Assembly: GCA_964016885.1 (NCBI GenBank)
Contig: OZ024745.1
Span: 106,206,001-106,270,000, forward strand
Reading direction: 5' to 3'
Length of the DNA: 64,000 bases
DNA from: Eledone cirrhosa
Taxonomy: Eukaryota
Positions 42,400 to 56,682 of the stretch are shown here, piece after piece. The notes beneath the pieces are model-generated. The model had not been told where the DNA came from and searched no databases. It was given only the letters and a program-made list of their open reading frames with translations. The translations under genes and the position numbers were made by a program. The first letter of the stretch is position 1. Every line of letters starts with the position of its first letter.

Positions 42400-44459
42400 G
42401 CTTTCTTTATTAACCACAAGGGTTTACACAAAGTAGACATTAAGGACAGTACAGGACAATACAGGACGGTACAAAAGGGCATTTCTGCGTGTAAAAAAAA
42501 ACAAGTAACAGAGGATGTAATAATAGAACAATGAAAAAATTCCCCAATAGGGGGGAGACCTCCGAGGGACATTCGTGGAGAAAGCCCATTAAAAAGCCAC
42601 AGTGACCCTGACCACCAGGGCAAGTGCCCTCTCCCAGTTTTCCACCTTTAATTTACAGACACATACTCAGAGTAGGCCCATTCACTCGGGCCATTCTTGC
42701 CTCTCTCACCCATCTTTCAACAAAATGCTGGGAAGAGAGCCCTTCCCTCTCTACCCTGATTTTCCTTTTCAAATGAAATTTGAAAAAGTTAATCTGGGCA
42801 TCACCGAAGAGGGAAGTGCTCGTCTTCAGCCCTTTCAAACGTATCCACCATACTATCTCTTTCGCCATAGCTACCAGACAGATAAAAACTGCCTGCCCGT
42901 CCCGGCTAAAGGAAGAGGGCGGGGCAATCCTCATGATGGTCTCAGCTGGTAGCTGGATCCGTCCTACACGCGACAGCAGGTGTTCGACATAAACCCACAA
43001 GTCAGTAATGCTCGGACACTGGACATGCCCAGCTGACGGCACCTCCATGCCTGTAGAGTTTATCCCGAACTGGCAAACTCCACGGTAGCACTGCCAGGCC
43101 AGGGATTTCTGGAAGTTGTCCATAGGCCTCGGCCCGAAAGTTCCTCCGAAGAGATTGGCTAATTGATTTTCGTCGACGCCTAGAGTTTCCCCAAGTACGT
43201 CGTCGCTCTTCCCCTCCACTAATCCTCTATATAACGCCAAGGTGGAGTTTCCACCGATCACATTGCCCGATTGGTCGAGGGCTGTGAGCGCCTGAAGACA
43301 TTCCAGTCTACAAGCGCTCCCTCTCGGTTTTCGCTTGACCCAGGACTGCAGCTCCGTCAAGGAGACGAGCTGGGGAAAGAGGCGTCTAGCAAACGGTGAC
43401 CACACCTGATCACCGTCGAGGAAGAGGTGGAGATGTCGTAGCCTGAGCGCGTGTCTGCGCATCATCAGCCACGGCATTCCCAGCCCTCCAGGTAGCGGGT
43501 GTTGACAGCAGATGAACCGCCTGACCATCGGGGCGCCTCCCTTCCACAAAAAGCGAAAGAGCAAACGCTCCAGCGCAGTCAGCCGGGGCTTAGGACAAGG
43601 TACGACGGTCAGGCGGTAGTAGATGACGGACGCGATGTACGCGTTGGCCACCTCGGCTCGACCTTTCAGGGATAGGTTGCTCTCCGCCCATTTCTGGGTG
43701 AGAGAAGCCACCCTGCTCGTCACCTCGTCCCAGTGTTTGTCCGTCTGGAGGTCCGGACCGAACCAGACCCCTAGCAATTTAACCGGTCCGTCCATGCAGC
43801 GCCCGACGACGCTGTTGGACAGCATGGACCTACCTCTCCAGGTGCCGAGCGGCAGGCCCACTGACTTTTCCTGGTTGATCATTTCTCCTGTCACCGCTTC
43901 TTATTCTCTTAATGTAGCGCCGAACGCCTCGATGTGTTTGGCGTTCGACACCACTACGGTGACATCGTCCGCATATGCTGACATGGATCTTCCGCATCCT
44001 AGTTTGCGCGGGACCCCCCTCAACGTCTCCAGTTTGTGCAGTAATGGCTCGAGAGTCAATACGTACAAGAGGGACGAGAGGGCACATCCTTGGCGGACCG
44101 GGCGCATGATGTTGAACGGTTCCGAAAGGTGACCGTTCACTCTCAACACGATGTTGCTGTGCATGGCAGCGATCTAGCCTCTGAAGATGGGGCCCAAAGC
44201 CAGCCGCCCTCAGGACTGCTGCTAGGTAACGATGATCAACCCTATCGAAAGCTTTCGACTTATCTAAATTGACCAAGGACCCACCCGTGCCAGGTTCCCT
44301 AGCTACCCTCTCTACGATGTATAGCATGAGGTGGAGGTTGTCGTGGATGGATCTGTCGGGAATGGCACATGTCTGCTCCTCTCCCACCAGACCACCAACG
44401 ACAAGCACCAACCTCTTTGCTAGCACCTTGGCCAAAATCTTGAACTCTGTGTTTAGCAG
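42400..44459 (-). mobile_element. Tx1/L1-clade LINE, 5'-truncated at the RT start, with (TTA)n tail
   Basis: LDKSKAFDRVDH, VRQGCALS, AYADD; the C-terminus has a deletion in the zinc knuckle; (AAT)n at 42359-42399. Confidence 0.92.
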
Positions 44460-44479
44460 TTATTTTTATCATATGTAAC

Positions 44480-44994
44480 CCAAGTGCAAACCACTCAGTA
44501 TTCTTCTTTCTTCTCATGTTTTTTATATATATTTACCTCGGCTGCGTTTGTCGGTTTCTCTCTTACTGCTTCCCCGCTCTCTCTGTTTCTCTCACCTTCT
44601 TTCGCCCTCTCTGTCAGTTACACTTTCTCTCGACTGACCTCTTCCTCACACTTCCACTCACTCACTCTGTTTCTCCCCTTCTCACTTCCTCCCGTTTGGC
44701 TTGTGTGGGTCTCTTCTTGCTCACATCTCACACACATCAACACGGTCTATACCTCTCTCGCTCATGAAATCCCCCCAGCTTATGCTGACCGGACAACCAT
44801 ATTGCTTGTTTATTTTCCTATCTTCGGTTTGCTTTTATCCTTCTATGTTGTTTACTTGTCCCCCTCGCCTTACGCGAATTCTGGTCCCAATAACTTTTTT
44901 TAGTTATTGCTCGCACCAACCTGAGGTATCTGATTTTTAATACGATGAAATACCAATGATAGTTGGAAAATCACTGACGTAGGACTATTTTTAT

Positions 44995-45000
<6 letters not shown>
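44480..45000 (+). mobile_element. Probable Penelope-like 3' region: CT-rich tract, then a decayed HHR (44916-44966), then (TA)n
   Basis: CCAAC-CUGAGGU-AUC..GAU-GAAA-U(ACCAAUG)A-UA^GUUGG; one core change. Confidence 0.5.
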
Positions 45001-45066
<66 letters not shown>

Positions 45067-45169
45067 GTGCATGCCTATAAGTATCTGTATAAATGTTTTT
45101 ATCCAGTTCTGATTTACATACCTTTGTATATGCCCGGTTGTGTTTTTGTGTATCTATCTGTCTGTCAGC

Positions 45170-45636
45170 ACGTATGTATGCCTGTATGTATGTGTGTATG
45201 TAAGTATGTATATATGTAGTTGCGTATGTATGTATGAATGTATGTGTTATGTATGCATGTATGTATGTGTGTATGTATGTATGCTTGTATGTATGTGTGT
45301 ATGTAAGTATGTATATATGTTGTTGCGTATGTATGTATGAATGAATGTATTATGTACGCATGTATGTATGTGTGTATGTATGTATGTATGCTTGTATGTA
45401 TGTGTGTATGTAAGTATGTATATATGTAGTTGCGTATGTATGTATGAATGAATGTATTATGTACGCATGTATGTATGTGTGTATGTATGTATGTATGCTT
45501 GTATGTATGTGTGTATGTAAGTATGTATATATGTAGTTGCGTATGTATGTATGAATGAATGTATTATGTATGCATGTATGTATGTATGTGTGTATGTATG
45601 TATGTATGCTTATATGTATGTATGTGTGTATGTAAG
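45170..45636. repeat. (TATG)n-derived higher-order repeat, ~103-115 bp unit
   Basis: The TAAG anchor recurs at 45201, 45304, 45411, 45518 and 45633. Confidence 0.85.
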
Positions 45637-46043
45637 AGATGAACCCTTAGCCTTTGTCAAGGCAGAATTCTAGGAGAAGGAAAACTCTGATATAACACCT
45701 GCAACCCTGATGATATCCAATGATGTTGACTTGTTCTTCTTTTTGGTAAATATCATCTTGGTTAAGAGAGTGGGACTGGCTTTGTGCAGTGCCTTTGCTC
45801 ACTATAAAAGCTTCACGGCACAGGCATTGCTTTATATCTGGAGGTCTCTCTGCACTTGTCGTCACATGGTACCATGGGCCCAGCACTATGTGTCAATAAT
45901 TGTCACAAGTGTAGTGTTTGTACCAGAGTTTTCAAGTCGCTGGGTGGACTAAAAAGTCACACTCCTTCAGCGCATCGGTAGGGAGTTCTCCTACATGGAT
46001 ATAAAGTAGTGGCCGTACTCGAAAACGAATTGGCAGCCACCAT
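45637..46043 (+). mobile_element. Family B RTE-type retroposon, 5'-truncated
   Basis: CTAGGAGAAGGAAAACTCTGA; 3' end GCAGCCACC-ATGT; ATGTAAG on both sides. Confidence 0.78.
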
Positions 46044-46224
46044 GTAAGTATGTATATATGTATATATGTAGTTATGTATGTATGTATGTATGGGCGGAAG
46101 AACTCATAAGAGTCAACGGCCATCCAAAAGTGTGTAAATATATGTATATACATGTACATATGTATGTATATGTGTATATGCATGGGTGCATGTGTATACA
46201 TATATGCGTGGGGACATAGAAATA

Positions 46225-46545
46225 GTCGGGCTGGTTACCCGATCGCGCGGTTAAACCACTGGGAGTGAAGGACCCTAGTCCTTGTCAGGGCATTCTTCTA
46301 GGAGAAGGCAACTCAGGAAACTGGGATAACTCCGATATAAAACCTGCGGCTTGATGTTGATCTTTTCTTCTTTTCGGGTTATAGCTACTGTCACTCAGAG
46401 AGTGGGACTGGCTCAGTGCACAGTCTTTCCTCACTTTAATAAACATCTTCACGCACAGGCATTGCATGATAGAATTTATTACTAATTATTGATAATAGTA
46501 TATCGTGCAATGGCCATACTCGATAACGAGGGGGCAGCAATCATG
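46225..46545 (+). mobile_element. Diverged family B relative with (ATGT)n tail
   Basis: CTAGGAGAAGGCAACTC, AGAGTGGGACTGGC, ACTCGATAACGAG..GCAGC, then (ATGT)n. Confidence 0.65.
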
Positions 46546-47948
46546 TATGTATGTATGTATGTATGTATGTATGTATGTATGTATGTATGTATGTATGTAT
46601 GCTTGATTGTATGTGCGTATATGTTACAAGAGAAGGAGAAAATGAGTTAGAACAGGCCAGACGCAGTGACCAGGCCAACTACGTTGTAGGTGAATACGAG
46701 TCTCATTTTTCAAAGGGTTATATTATGACCTTATAATTTATCCAACATGGAAAAGCAATGTTCATACACATATTGCAAGTTTTTTAATAATGTTGACAAT
46801 TGGGTGTAATGGGAAACAAACGTGAATTTTTTTTATCAGTTATTAAATCAAAATGGCTATCCTTTCTTGGTTGATACCAAAATTTGATATTCTCTAATGA
46901 TAAACAGATGCTATTTACTCTTTATAGCACCGCTCGAACCTCATTTGATTTTCTTTATCTGAAATGATATTTCCTTTTCTAAATTTTATATATTTAAAAT
47001 GTTGAATATACGAGTAATCACTTAATATCATCACATTACACCGTGCTGATATGTCTGTTTCAACTTATTCAGCAAAAAAAAAAAAAAGAAAGACGTCACC
47101 GTACTTATCGAAGCTGTAATAAACGAATTCCTAATAATTGTGCAAAACTTTACAGGAATAAACTTTAAAATTAGTGTATTTTAAAAATATATAAATAATG
47201 TTATAACTGCTATATTTTCTTGTTTTTACTGCTGACTACCAGTTCATTCCGGATCGAGTAGTCATTTAGCAGAAGGCATTCAAGCTAAGACTCAGCCATC
47301 TATAAACTTGCATAAATAGTGCATTTAAGAGTACATTAAGTAAGTTAAATTTGCCATCTTTTAGAACTAAGATTGTGAATATAAAAGATATTTAGCTGTC
47401 GTTCCTAGCAGATGGGGCGATCATGAAGAGGTGCTTTTCATTGGCCCATTGCAAATTACTTGTTTAATTATTAGGTATATGTTTTTCATGAGACAGGTAC
47501 GACATAGCAATATTTTACACAGGTGTATGCATCTCCTGAATAGAATTAATGAATTATAAAGCATATATACATACTTTACATACAATGTAAGTAGTTCAAG
47601 TATTCTTTTTAAGTCAAGTAAAATATTTGAAATTGTCACGCAGCATAAATGGGTTGGTTGTTCACTGGTTGTACAATGACATGATTGTAAATATGATTTA
47701 TGTGTCACCTTGACAAATTCCACAAAGCAATTCTAAACAGACTGCTGACACTTGCTTGTGCCTATCCAAACATTAATTCCTAGCTAAAACGGTCAATGGA
47801 AATAGTTTTGCATATGAAACACACACATTCTCTCACCCTGTACCATGTACTCACAAATACACAAATATGTGTGTGTTCGTGTGTACATATGTAACATATG
47901 TATATATTTACACACACACATACACATATATATTTATATATATATATG

Positions 47949-48037
<89 letters not shown>

Positions 48038-48042
<5 letters not shown>

Positions 48043-48192
48043 AGAATCGTTTTCCGAATGGAGAGTGGAGAGATAGCACGGCGCTAAATAAGGTACTCAA
48101 TACATTAGTAGAGAAGATACATTTTTCTATCATATGATAAAGACTTCTGTAGGACTAGATCTGTTTTATTTGTTTGAGATTATTAGGAATGT
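48038..48192 (-). mobile_element. Family P3 remnant, decayed
   Basis: AAAACAGATCTAGTCCTACAGAAG and AATGTATTGAGTACCTTATT on the minus strand; ends in (TA)n. Confidence 0.6.
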
Positions 48193-48754
48193 CAACACAC
48201 ATACACATTCATACATACATACATACATACATACATACATACATACATACATACATACATACATACATACATACATGGTGGCTGCCAACTCGTTTTCGAG
48301 TACGGTCACAACTTTATATCCATGTAGGAGACATACATACATACATACATACATACATACACATAATTTCTTTTCTTTTACAACCTTGCCACCAGGAAGG
48401 TGGCCGGTCAAAAAATATACATACATACACATACGCACACACACACACACACACAAACACACACATATATATATATATATTTATATTTTATGCGTGTGTG
48501 TGTGTGTAATGTATATAAACACACGCACACACTAAGACACACTTATATATATTTATATATCATAGGAAGAAAATAATCATGAAGATAGCTATCAGTGTAT
48601 CTGTATAGCTATCAGTCTATCTATATATCTATCTACCTATTTATCTATCTCTCTATCTATCCATATATCTATCTAGCCATCTATCTATGTTCCATCTATC
48701 TACATTTCTACATATCTGCATATCTACCTACCTTTCTACCGCTCTATCTACCTA

Positions 48755-49690
48755 TCCAGGCGCTCACAGCCCTCTACCAAGCGGAAACGGCAATCAGCGG
48801 AGACTCCACTTCGACAATCTATAGGGATTAGTGACGGATAAGTGCGACGACGTTCTCGGGGAAACACTAGGCATCGAGGAAGACGAACTGACCAGTCTGT
48901 TCAGGAGGACTTTCCGTCCAGGGCCTATGAATAACTTCCAGAGGTCTCTGGCCTGGCAGTGCTACCGAGGAGCTCTACCAGTTCGAGACAAAATCTACAG
49001 GCGCGGACGCCCTGGCAGAGATCCTGCCAAAAGGACCTGTCCAAGATGCGAGCAGGACATCGAAACCGTTCTGCACGCAATCGTTCAGTGCCCAGGGGTG
49101 ACCGACCTGTGGAATTATGTCGAACAACTATTGTCACGTGTGGGACGCATCCAGTTGTCAGCCGAGTGGATCGTGAGGATCACTCCGCTGCCTTCATTTA
49201 AGAACGAAAGAGAGGCAGTTTTCCTCTGTCTGGTGGCTATGGTGAAAGAGGTAATATGGTGGACGAAGTTAGAAGGACTGAGGGCAAACACCTTTCTCTC
49301 CGGACAATAACTTATCCCCTTCTTTAAGAATCACTTAAGAAGGAAGGTGAGACTGGAGAGAGAGGTGCTACATCCCAGTAAATTCGCTGAAAGGTGGGTG
49401 AATGTGGCAAAAGTGGCCCGAGTGAATGGGCCTTCTCTGTATATAAACCTGTAGGTTGAGGAAGATAAACAAAGGGAAGACGGGAACACCTACAAAACTT
49501 GTTCCTGGTGTTGAGGGTTGTTCTATCCACGGGGTGTAAAACAAGCCTGCAGTAACGTTACCCCCTATTGGGGATTTCAATTGTTATTTTATTATATATA
49601 GTTTATTGTTATTTATTAATGTTAAAACCCTGCCGTCACGTCTTGTAATGTCCCATTTGTGTACGCCCCTGTGGCAAATAAAGAAAGATA
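48755..49690 (+). mobile_element. Diverged Tx1 subfamily 3' fragment inserted at (TATC)n
   Basis: RSLAWQCYRGALPVRDK, CPRC..ETVLHAIVQC. The 3' end CCCCTGTGGCAAATAAAGAAAG is followed by ATATCTATCT; the 5' flank is a degenerate (TCTA)n tract. Confidence 0.87.
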
Positions 49691-49794
49691 TCTATCTGTA
49701 AAACTGGCAATCACTATTCATCTACATATGTATATTTACGAATGTTTCTAACTTCGAACAACAAGAAAACACGAATCACAATATCAACACGAAA

Positions 49795-49852
49795 AGATAG
49801 ATATGTTTCTTTATTAGCCACAGGGGCACAAAAGAGGGGGACAAATACAAAA

Positions 49853-49855
<3 letters not shown>
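49795..49855 (-). mobile_element. ~55-bp Tx1 extreme 3' end with TATC tail
   Basis: GTGCCCCTGTGGCTAATAAAGAAAC-ATATCTATC; possible TSD TATCTTTT. Confidence 0.65.
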
Positions 49856-49933
<78 letters not shown>

Positions 49934-51516
49934 TAGATAGAACAAAGTCAACGTAACTTAATGAATATATGTTTGATAGTGATTAACGGCAATGTAGATG
50001 AAAATTATTGTAATTGATTTAAATGAATTTAAAATAAAATACGGCGATTGTCGGGGTGTCAAGTGAGAGAAGGTCAGGGAAAATCATGGACTGAAATATC
50101 TTTACATAGAATGGTGTAATCAAGGATATAATAAATTATATATTTTTCAAACCATGCCTATATTGACGGGTATTATGCTAGTATATACATATATACACAT
50201 ACACCCATACGGACACTCACACAGAAAAACACAACTGTATAAATATATATAGTGATAGAGTGCTAAAAACAGAGGGGGGGGACTACATGTAGGTTGGGTT
50301 ACTTCACAGTGAAGTCACTTAGCTTAATATGGAGTTTTTTCCAAGATCGCAAATATGTGATTTCGGTTCCCCGCGTTTCGTATATCCTTTATTTCACGAA
50401 GATGCTCTCCTTTCAACTGGTTAAAAATGTATTTTAGACTAGAATCTTTACATTATGTTGCGCTGAATTTTTCCTACAGATTTCACGTACAGATTGCGCG
50501 TGTGTGTGTGTGTATGTGAGTTTGTATGCGTGTGATTGTGTGTGTGTGATTGTGTGTGTGATTGTGTGTGTGTGAGCCTGTATGTGTGTGACTGTGTGTG
50601 TTTATGATTGCTGATTCTTTTCAGAAAGTTGGCTTTTCAGATTTAGTTATCAGATCTTAGTTTCGAGAAGATGAATTTAATGCTTCGATATTTTTTTTCA
50701 GTCAGAGAACTAAATGTTGTAACCGCATACACATTCCCATTATATGACCTCAACCACATCACGCTTCAGTAGCTATAATGAGACTTCAAATTTCTTCTTT
50801 TCAATCTTTTTAAATGCTTTTTTTAAAATTCATTTTGTTATTCATTAATACTAAATTCATGTTTTTTTAGATCTGAAATTCTTTCTGCAGGAACAATATC
50901 AGATTTTTAGTTATGGCTAATCGGTCTATTGCCGAAATATATGAATGGTCGAAATTCTTGAATCAAAATGCAAGCTATGCTAAATATTTTGGTAATCTAA
51001 GTATTACGACTATTATGACGAAGGGTAGAAGTGGAGAAAGAGGCGGGAGGGGGGGGGGGGGGGGAGTAATAAAAAGAATAAGTAAAAGAAGGAGAGGTTA
51101 GAATATAGTGTAAGCAAAGAAGTGAGAGTGGGAAGTCAGGAGTTCAAGGAAATTATAATCCTGAAAGACGGTGATAAAAAGAGCAATCAGCGTATTTGAA
51201 ATACAAAATGAGAATGAGAAAATGTGGAGTTAAGGTGTAATAAGAAGAAAAAAAAACGGGTGGCAGGGTGTGAGACAGCGACAGAATGAATCAAGTGCAA
51301 TTCACAGAAAATGAAAGTGAAAGGGAGGAACAAAATGTATATGAGTAACGTATGAGAAGAGAGAAAGAGAATGAGTGAGATTGAAAGAGAGAGGGGGGGG
51401 GGGGGGAAGAAATATATATATATAGGGAGAGAGAGGGAGAGATGCTAAGGAGGAAGAGACAGACAGAGAGGGCTACGTGGAAACATTATGGATTGGATGT
51501 AGAATTAGAATGAACT

Positions 51517-51716
51517 TATTATTTCTACTATAGGCAAACGGTCAGCAATTTTAAGGGAAGGGAAACATCGATTAAATCGACCCCAGTGCATGACTGGTGC
51601 TTTATTTTATCGACTACGTAATGATGATAGGCAAAGCTCAGAAGGTAAAGGGCCATGACTCTATTCTGCAAAGAATGGTGTCTGACGCTCTAGCAATACT
51701 GTCAATCAACTGCCCT
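51517..51716 (-). mobile_element. SINE family A, older long-tail variant
   Basis: TCGATTAAATCGACCCCAGTG..TTTTATCGAC core; head GCAATACTGTCAATC. Confidence 0.75.
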
Positions 51717-52749
51717 ATCAGAATGAAATAATATTAGGAGTTTAAGGTTAAATAGAACAAGTAGATAGTAAACATTTGAGTGTAAAACTTTAAAATATGT
51801 AATATAATGAAACACATGCACACACATATACACGCACACACACAGACACACACACAAATACACACACAAGCGTAACATATATTCGAACCTATTATCATGT
51901 AAGCAGATTTGCGAATTCGCCTTGAGCCTCATTGAATCTGCGCTCTGAGTTTTCCATTTAATGGTTTTTCTACAATTGAACCGTTATTGATTTCTTTACA
52001 ATTGCTACAAATACACTAAATTGTAAATAGGGTACTGCAAACAGAAATAACATGTCGACAGGCTTATGTTCTTTATCTAAAGTACGATAATAATTTTCGT
52101 GAAATTAAATTAGATTCAACCTGTATGGAAACAGTGTCGTTATTGAATCGCTAGAATTAAGCTCTTAGTCTATAAACACGTGCCCAATTATAAAGCAATA
52201 TATTGAATTGTGAATCGATTTATGCTTGCAGTCCTTTACGTTGTGTTCAAAATAATGTTTTCCTGTTTGCATTACGTTACAATTGTTATTGTTACTAATT
52301 TTATTTTGAATGATGTGGAAGTAATAGTGGATTGTATTACAAGTGTTAGGCATTGCGTATGACTGTTAAAATAACCATAAGAAAGAACGAGAATATTAAA
52401 TACACCATATTATCTAGAGGCCTCAGTAGGTGAGGTCGGTCAAACAAACGCGTCTGTTTAGAAAAGTGTTCTTTATTGACAGGTGGACTGCAAATATATC
52501 AGCGTAGACAACGCAACGAGGAGAACTGAAAACAAATAAAAACTGATATAGTATAGAAAATACAATTTCGTAACGAAAGAGTCCGTGGTAGGGTGCAACG
52601 CCCTTTAGATGAATTTCATAGAAGAATTTTGTGTCAAAGTAACAAAATTCACCACCTGCGCCACCACAAGAAATATAAGAGTGTAACACCGCTGGTATTG
52701 GTTGAGTAATTATATTGTTAGCAAAGAAATGGGTAGATATAATAATGTA

Positions 52750-53270
52750 AACTAGCAGAAAAACCACCCTTTGGGTGGTTTTCTTCTAGTATGTGTAGTG
52801 TGTATATTGGTATTATACACAAATATATATGCATGTAAATATGATACATCAAATAAAATCGTAATTGACAATATACACAGAAATTGAACAAAGCCTATAT
52901 TACAGTCTTCTGTAATCAGTAATCCATGATATATTAAAAAAAAGACGACATTTTATATAAACTGCATTAGGAGAAAATTAGCGACGGAAATATGTGCGAT
53001 TATAAGTGTTATAATATAACGGCCGCTAACCGGAAGTGTTGACATTTGATAATTTTAAAGAATTGAATTTTAAAGATCTTTAAATAAGCTATAAATTATA
53101 TTTAATCAACAGCCACGAAATTTAGCACATAAATTATGTAATTTAATTATTCATTATTTATTTCATTTATTCATTATTTATTCAAAGTAATCCAACTTAT
53201 TTTATAAACGGGGTAAAAATATATATTCTGGACGCAATCCCGCAGACCTTCCTTTATTATAGTTAAGATA
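52750..53270 (+). mobile_element. Helentron/HINE-like non-autonomous element
   Basis: Starts ACTAGCAGAAAAACCACCC-TTT-GGGTGGTTTTCTTCTAGT, the same hairpin as at 32808; ends CAGAC..TTTATTATAGTTAAGAT. Confidence 0.55.
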
Positions 53271-54099
53271 AGTATGGTAGAATAAGAAATATTAGTCATA
53301 GGAAAATGGGACATCTGTATATGGACATCAACCACGTCTGACAGATGAGAAGAGATTGTTTTTATGAGTTCGATCTCGTTACCCTGCCTGATAACTGTAA
53401 TGGGTGTCTTAGAAAATGTTATGCAATCTTTCCTTTATATTAAGTCATCAGCTATATTTTATGAAATGAAAAAAAATCAAAACTCTTGGAATTCTGTGAC
53501 ACAAATGACCAATAATTGGTTTAATTAACGACAGGAAACTGACAAGGTAACTATTATTCAGCTAACTAGATATAAAAGTAGAACATTTCCTGGTTAATCA
53601 TTCACCTACTTGAGGAGGATCTTTGAGAAGGCATTCCATTTTATAGTCTGTTGACAGCTACAAAAAATAAGTCTGCTCGTATATTTGTATATATATATAG
53701 CTTATACGAGGGTGCAAGGCATGTACAGAGATACCAACGGCAAATTAAAAGTTAGCAATGAGCTCAGTGAGGATTCGAGCGTGCATGTAAATCCCCATCA
53801 GATGTTAGCCTCCCTCTTTAAATTATAGTTCTCTAGGCTATAACGCAGGAGTTTATACGAGAGCATTAAGACAACGTTTTTCATTATCAAGAAAGAAGAC
53901 AGCAATATACTGCTATTTCGCAAGTGATCGTGCTAAATGTATAGAAAAGGGTGTAGGTAGGAATGTCATACTGTTTACACAATGTATATTATGGGTACTC
54001 AAGTGATATCGTGGGAGTAGAGGACTTTATATTTATTAGATGCAGAATTGGTAGCAGTAAGAATGTCCGTGAAATAAATTATTTCGAGTGAATGTAAGG

Positions 54100-54625
54100 C
54101 TTCCTAAGTTTAGCAGTTATTTTCTGATACCTAGATAATCTAAATATCAGAGAAGGTGGGACCCCAAAAGCCTAGTAGTGGGTTCAAAGCAGTTTAGGTA
54201 TCTATTAACTTCGCTGGCAACTGAAGGATTCACTCGTCTAGGATACCAAATATTCTACGATACTTAAGTAGAAAGAAAAGTTTGGTATGTTAGCAAAAGA
54301 ATGAATATAGAATGCCTTGGCAGTGCTCCACTGGATGTGCATTACCAGTATGCATATGTAAAGTATCCCAAATGAATCTAGAGAAAGAGTGATAAATTAC
54401 GCAAGCTATAGTATGCAAGTAAGAATAGCATGCTGTGATGTATATAGAAGATGACATTAAGATAAAAAAGTTCGAAGGAACCTACGGAAGAAGATTGAGG
54501 AGTTATTGGAAGATGTGGAAGCTGGACTCATAGTACTCAGCCAACTAGCAGCAAGAAACGAATCGGCACAAGTTACGAGATACACTGTTGTGGAAAAGGC
54601 ATGTCCAACCCATAATAATAGGGTA
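54100..54625 (+). mobile_element. Possible highly decayed RTE LINE 3' end
   Basis: Weak traces of LRW.GH and GRP-region codons; purine-rich; no intact frame. Confidence 0.3.
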
Positions 54626-54649
54626 ATATTATTAGCATGATTAAGACGC

Positions 54650-54684
<35 letters not shown>

Positions 54685-54688
<4 letters not shown>

Positions 54689-54870
54689 CAAAGAGATATT
54701 TAATTTGTTGGTTATTCAACAAATTTATTTATAACAGATTCGAAGCACTCTACAGATTTTCTTCCGTAGTATAATATCAATGATATTAATAAATGGAAAC
54801 CATATTTATTTTATTATATACATTTCAAGGGTACCTAAATGCTGGTACGCTCTCAGCAGATAAAATACAA
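54685..54870 (-). mobile_element. Family P4 terminal repeat with HHR (54807-54867)
   Basis: UAUUUUAU-CUGCUGA-GAGCGUACC..GGUACCCUU-GAAA-U(GUAU)A-UA^AUAAAAUA (A6C change); GAGTGCT tail; ends in (TA)n. The AT-rich 54870-55965 segment may be its upstream body. Confidence 0.65.
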
Positions 54871-55971
54871 AAGAAGTTTTATAAATATGGACATATCCAA
54901 AACAAGAACTTATCGTTTTAAGTTTAGTTTGGATAGTGAAAGAAATTTCAAATCTTAGGATGAATATGTTAATGAGCCTAAACGTACAGTTGAAATAGAT
55001 CGTTATATTTAGACACTAGGTAAATTTAAATATTCAAGGGAAGAAGAGAGAGGGGTTAATATTAATATTAGGGTGTAAGAAAATTTAAGGAATGTGTATA
55101 AGAAAAAAAATTATATTATAGTTAGAAATACACTATTATTATTAAAATATAATTATATGGATCAAATCAGCGATGGTGTAAAGAGAGTGATACAATTATA
55201 TTTATTTATTTAATTATAATTATACACCCCCGGTAGTATCCATAAAATAATATGAGAACAATAAATGTGTTGAAGTGGTGGAATACCAATGTTAAATTTG
55301 GGAGATAGTACTAATTATTGGATCTATTATAATCGTGAGTATATATGATTATATAGATAATATTTATATGTGCTTATATAGATAATATTTATAAGTATAT
55401 TTTATGAAGAATTAAGGTTGTAAGTATATTTTACTTTATTATATTACAACAGGATATTTATATAAATATTTATATAAATAATTTTGGTGAGTATATATGA
55501 TTTTTTCAATAAATAGATAATTCAAATATTTTTATATATGTTAAGGGTTTCGATAAATTTTGTGTTTGCATTTATAATATATAGTTAAGAAAAGGAAGTA
55601 GTTCTAGTGTTATTATAGAAGATTATTTTATGCATTCTATAGTTCAATCGAGATAGGAATACATCTACAAAGTTTAGTAAGTTAACGAAGTTATACAGGA
55701 AATTTAATATTTAAAGATTAGTTGTTACTTAGAAGAAATATTTAAGCGTGTTACATTGTAAAGGAAAGATAACTCCAATATTTCTTAGTTAAAATAGTTA
55801 GGTTACATTTGTCGTTTATACTAGAATTTACTTTAGAAGAATATTCAATTAGGATATATGCAAAATATATGTAGACGAATTTTATATATTATTTTGTATA
55901 TGATTTTAAAGTATCCTATATTACATATTTTCAAAGATAAAAATTCTTTTATATATGTATTTAGATAGCAT

Positions 55972-56160
55972 TGTGGATTGGCAGTATCGGTAGAGGGTCT
56001 GACGTCATGCTTTGCAGCAAAGAGTTACGGCCCTTTATGGTCTGAGTTCAAATCTCACCGAGGCTAACTTTGCCTTTCATCCTTACGGGGTCGATAAAAT
56101 AAAGTACCAGTAATACACTGGGATAATTGCTGGCCTTGTACCAAAAGTAGAAACAATTAT
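55972..56160 (+). mobile_element. SINE family A, the only clear plus-strand copy
   Basis: TGGCAGTATCGG...GAGTTCAAATCTC...GCCTTTCATCCTTACGGGGTCGATAAA...GAAACAATTAT. Confidence 0.88.
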
Positions 56161-56551
56161 CTACATCGCTGCAAATGTTAATGTCTATATAGTCAATTAT
56201 GAAGAAATATTAGAGACATCCAAAGTATATTCAGAAACAACATTAAAACTATCACAAGAAAGATATATTTTAAATTATCATTTAAAAAGAGTATCATTTG
56301 AAAAATATCACTTAAAAAGAAAAACATCACCCAATAATCGCAACAGAACATCAACAAAACATTGTGAAGACATATAAAGTGTAAACAAGTGAGGTATAGA
56401 TAGTATTTTCTATAGATTAAAGATGCTTCTGAATGTTTTGGTTTGGCGATGTCTACAAGAACTGAATAATTCTTTTTTTTTTGTTAATAGAGTTTTGGCT
56501 GGTAAGTATATATATATATATATACACACACACATACATATATATATACAC

Positions 56552-56682
<131 letters not shown>

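Noticed and set aside
52450-52540. Possible host exon after TTCTTTATTGACAG
   Set aside because: Only a short peptide with no recognisable homology and no supporting neighbouring exons.
54870-55965. Very AT-rich tract as a mitochondrial insertion
   Set aside because: No recognisable mitochondrial gene, tRNA or rRNA motifs; it lies upstream of a P4 HHR and is more likely a decayed Penelope body.
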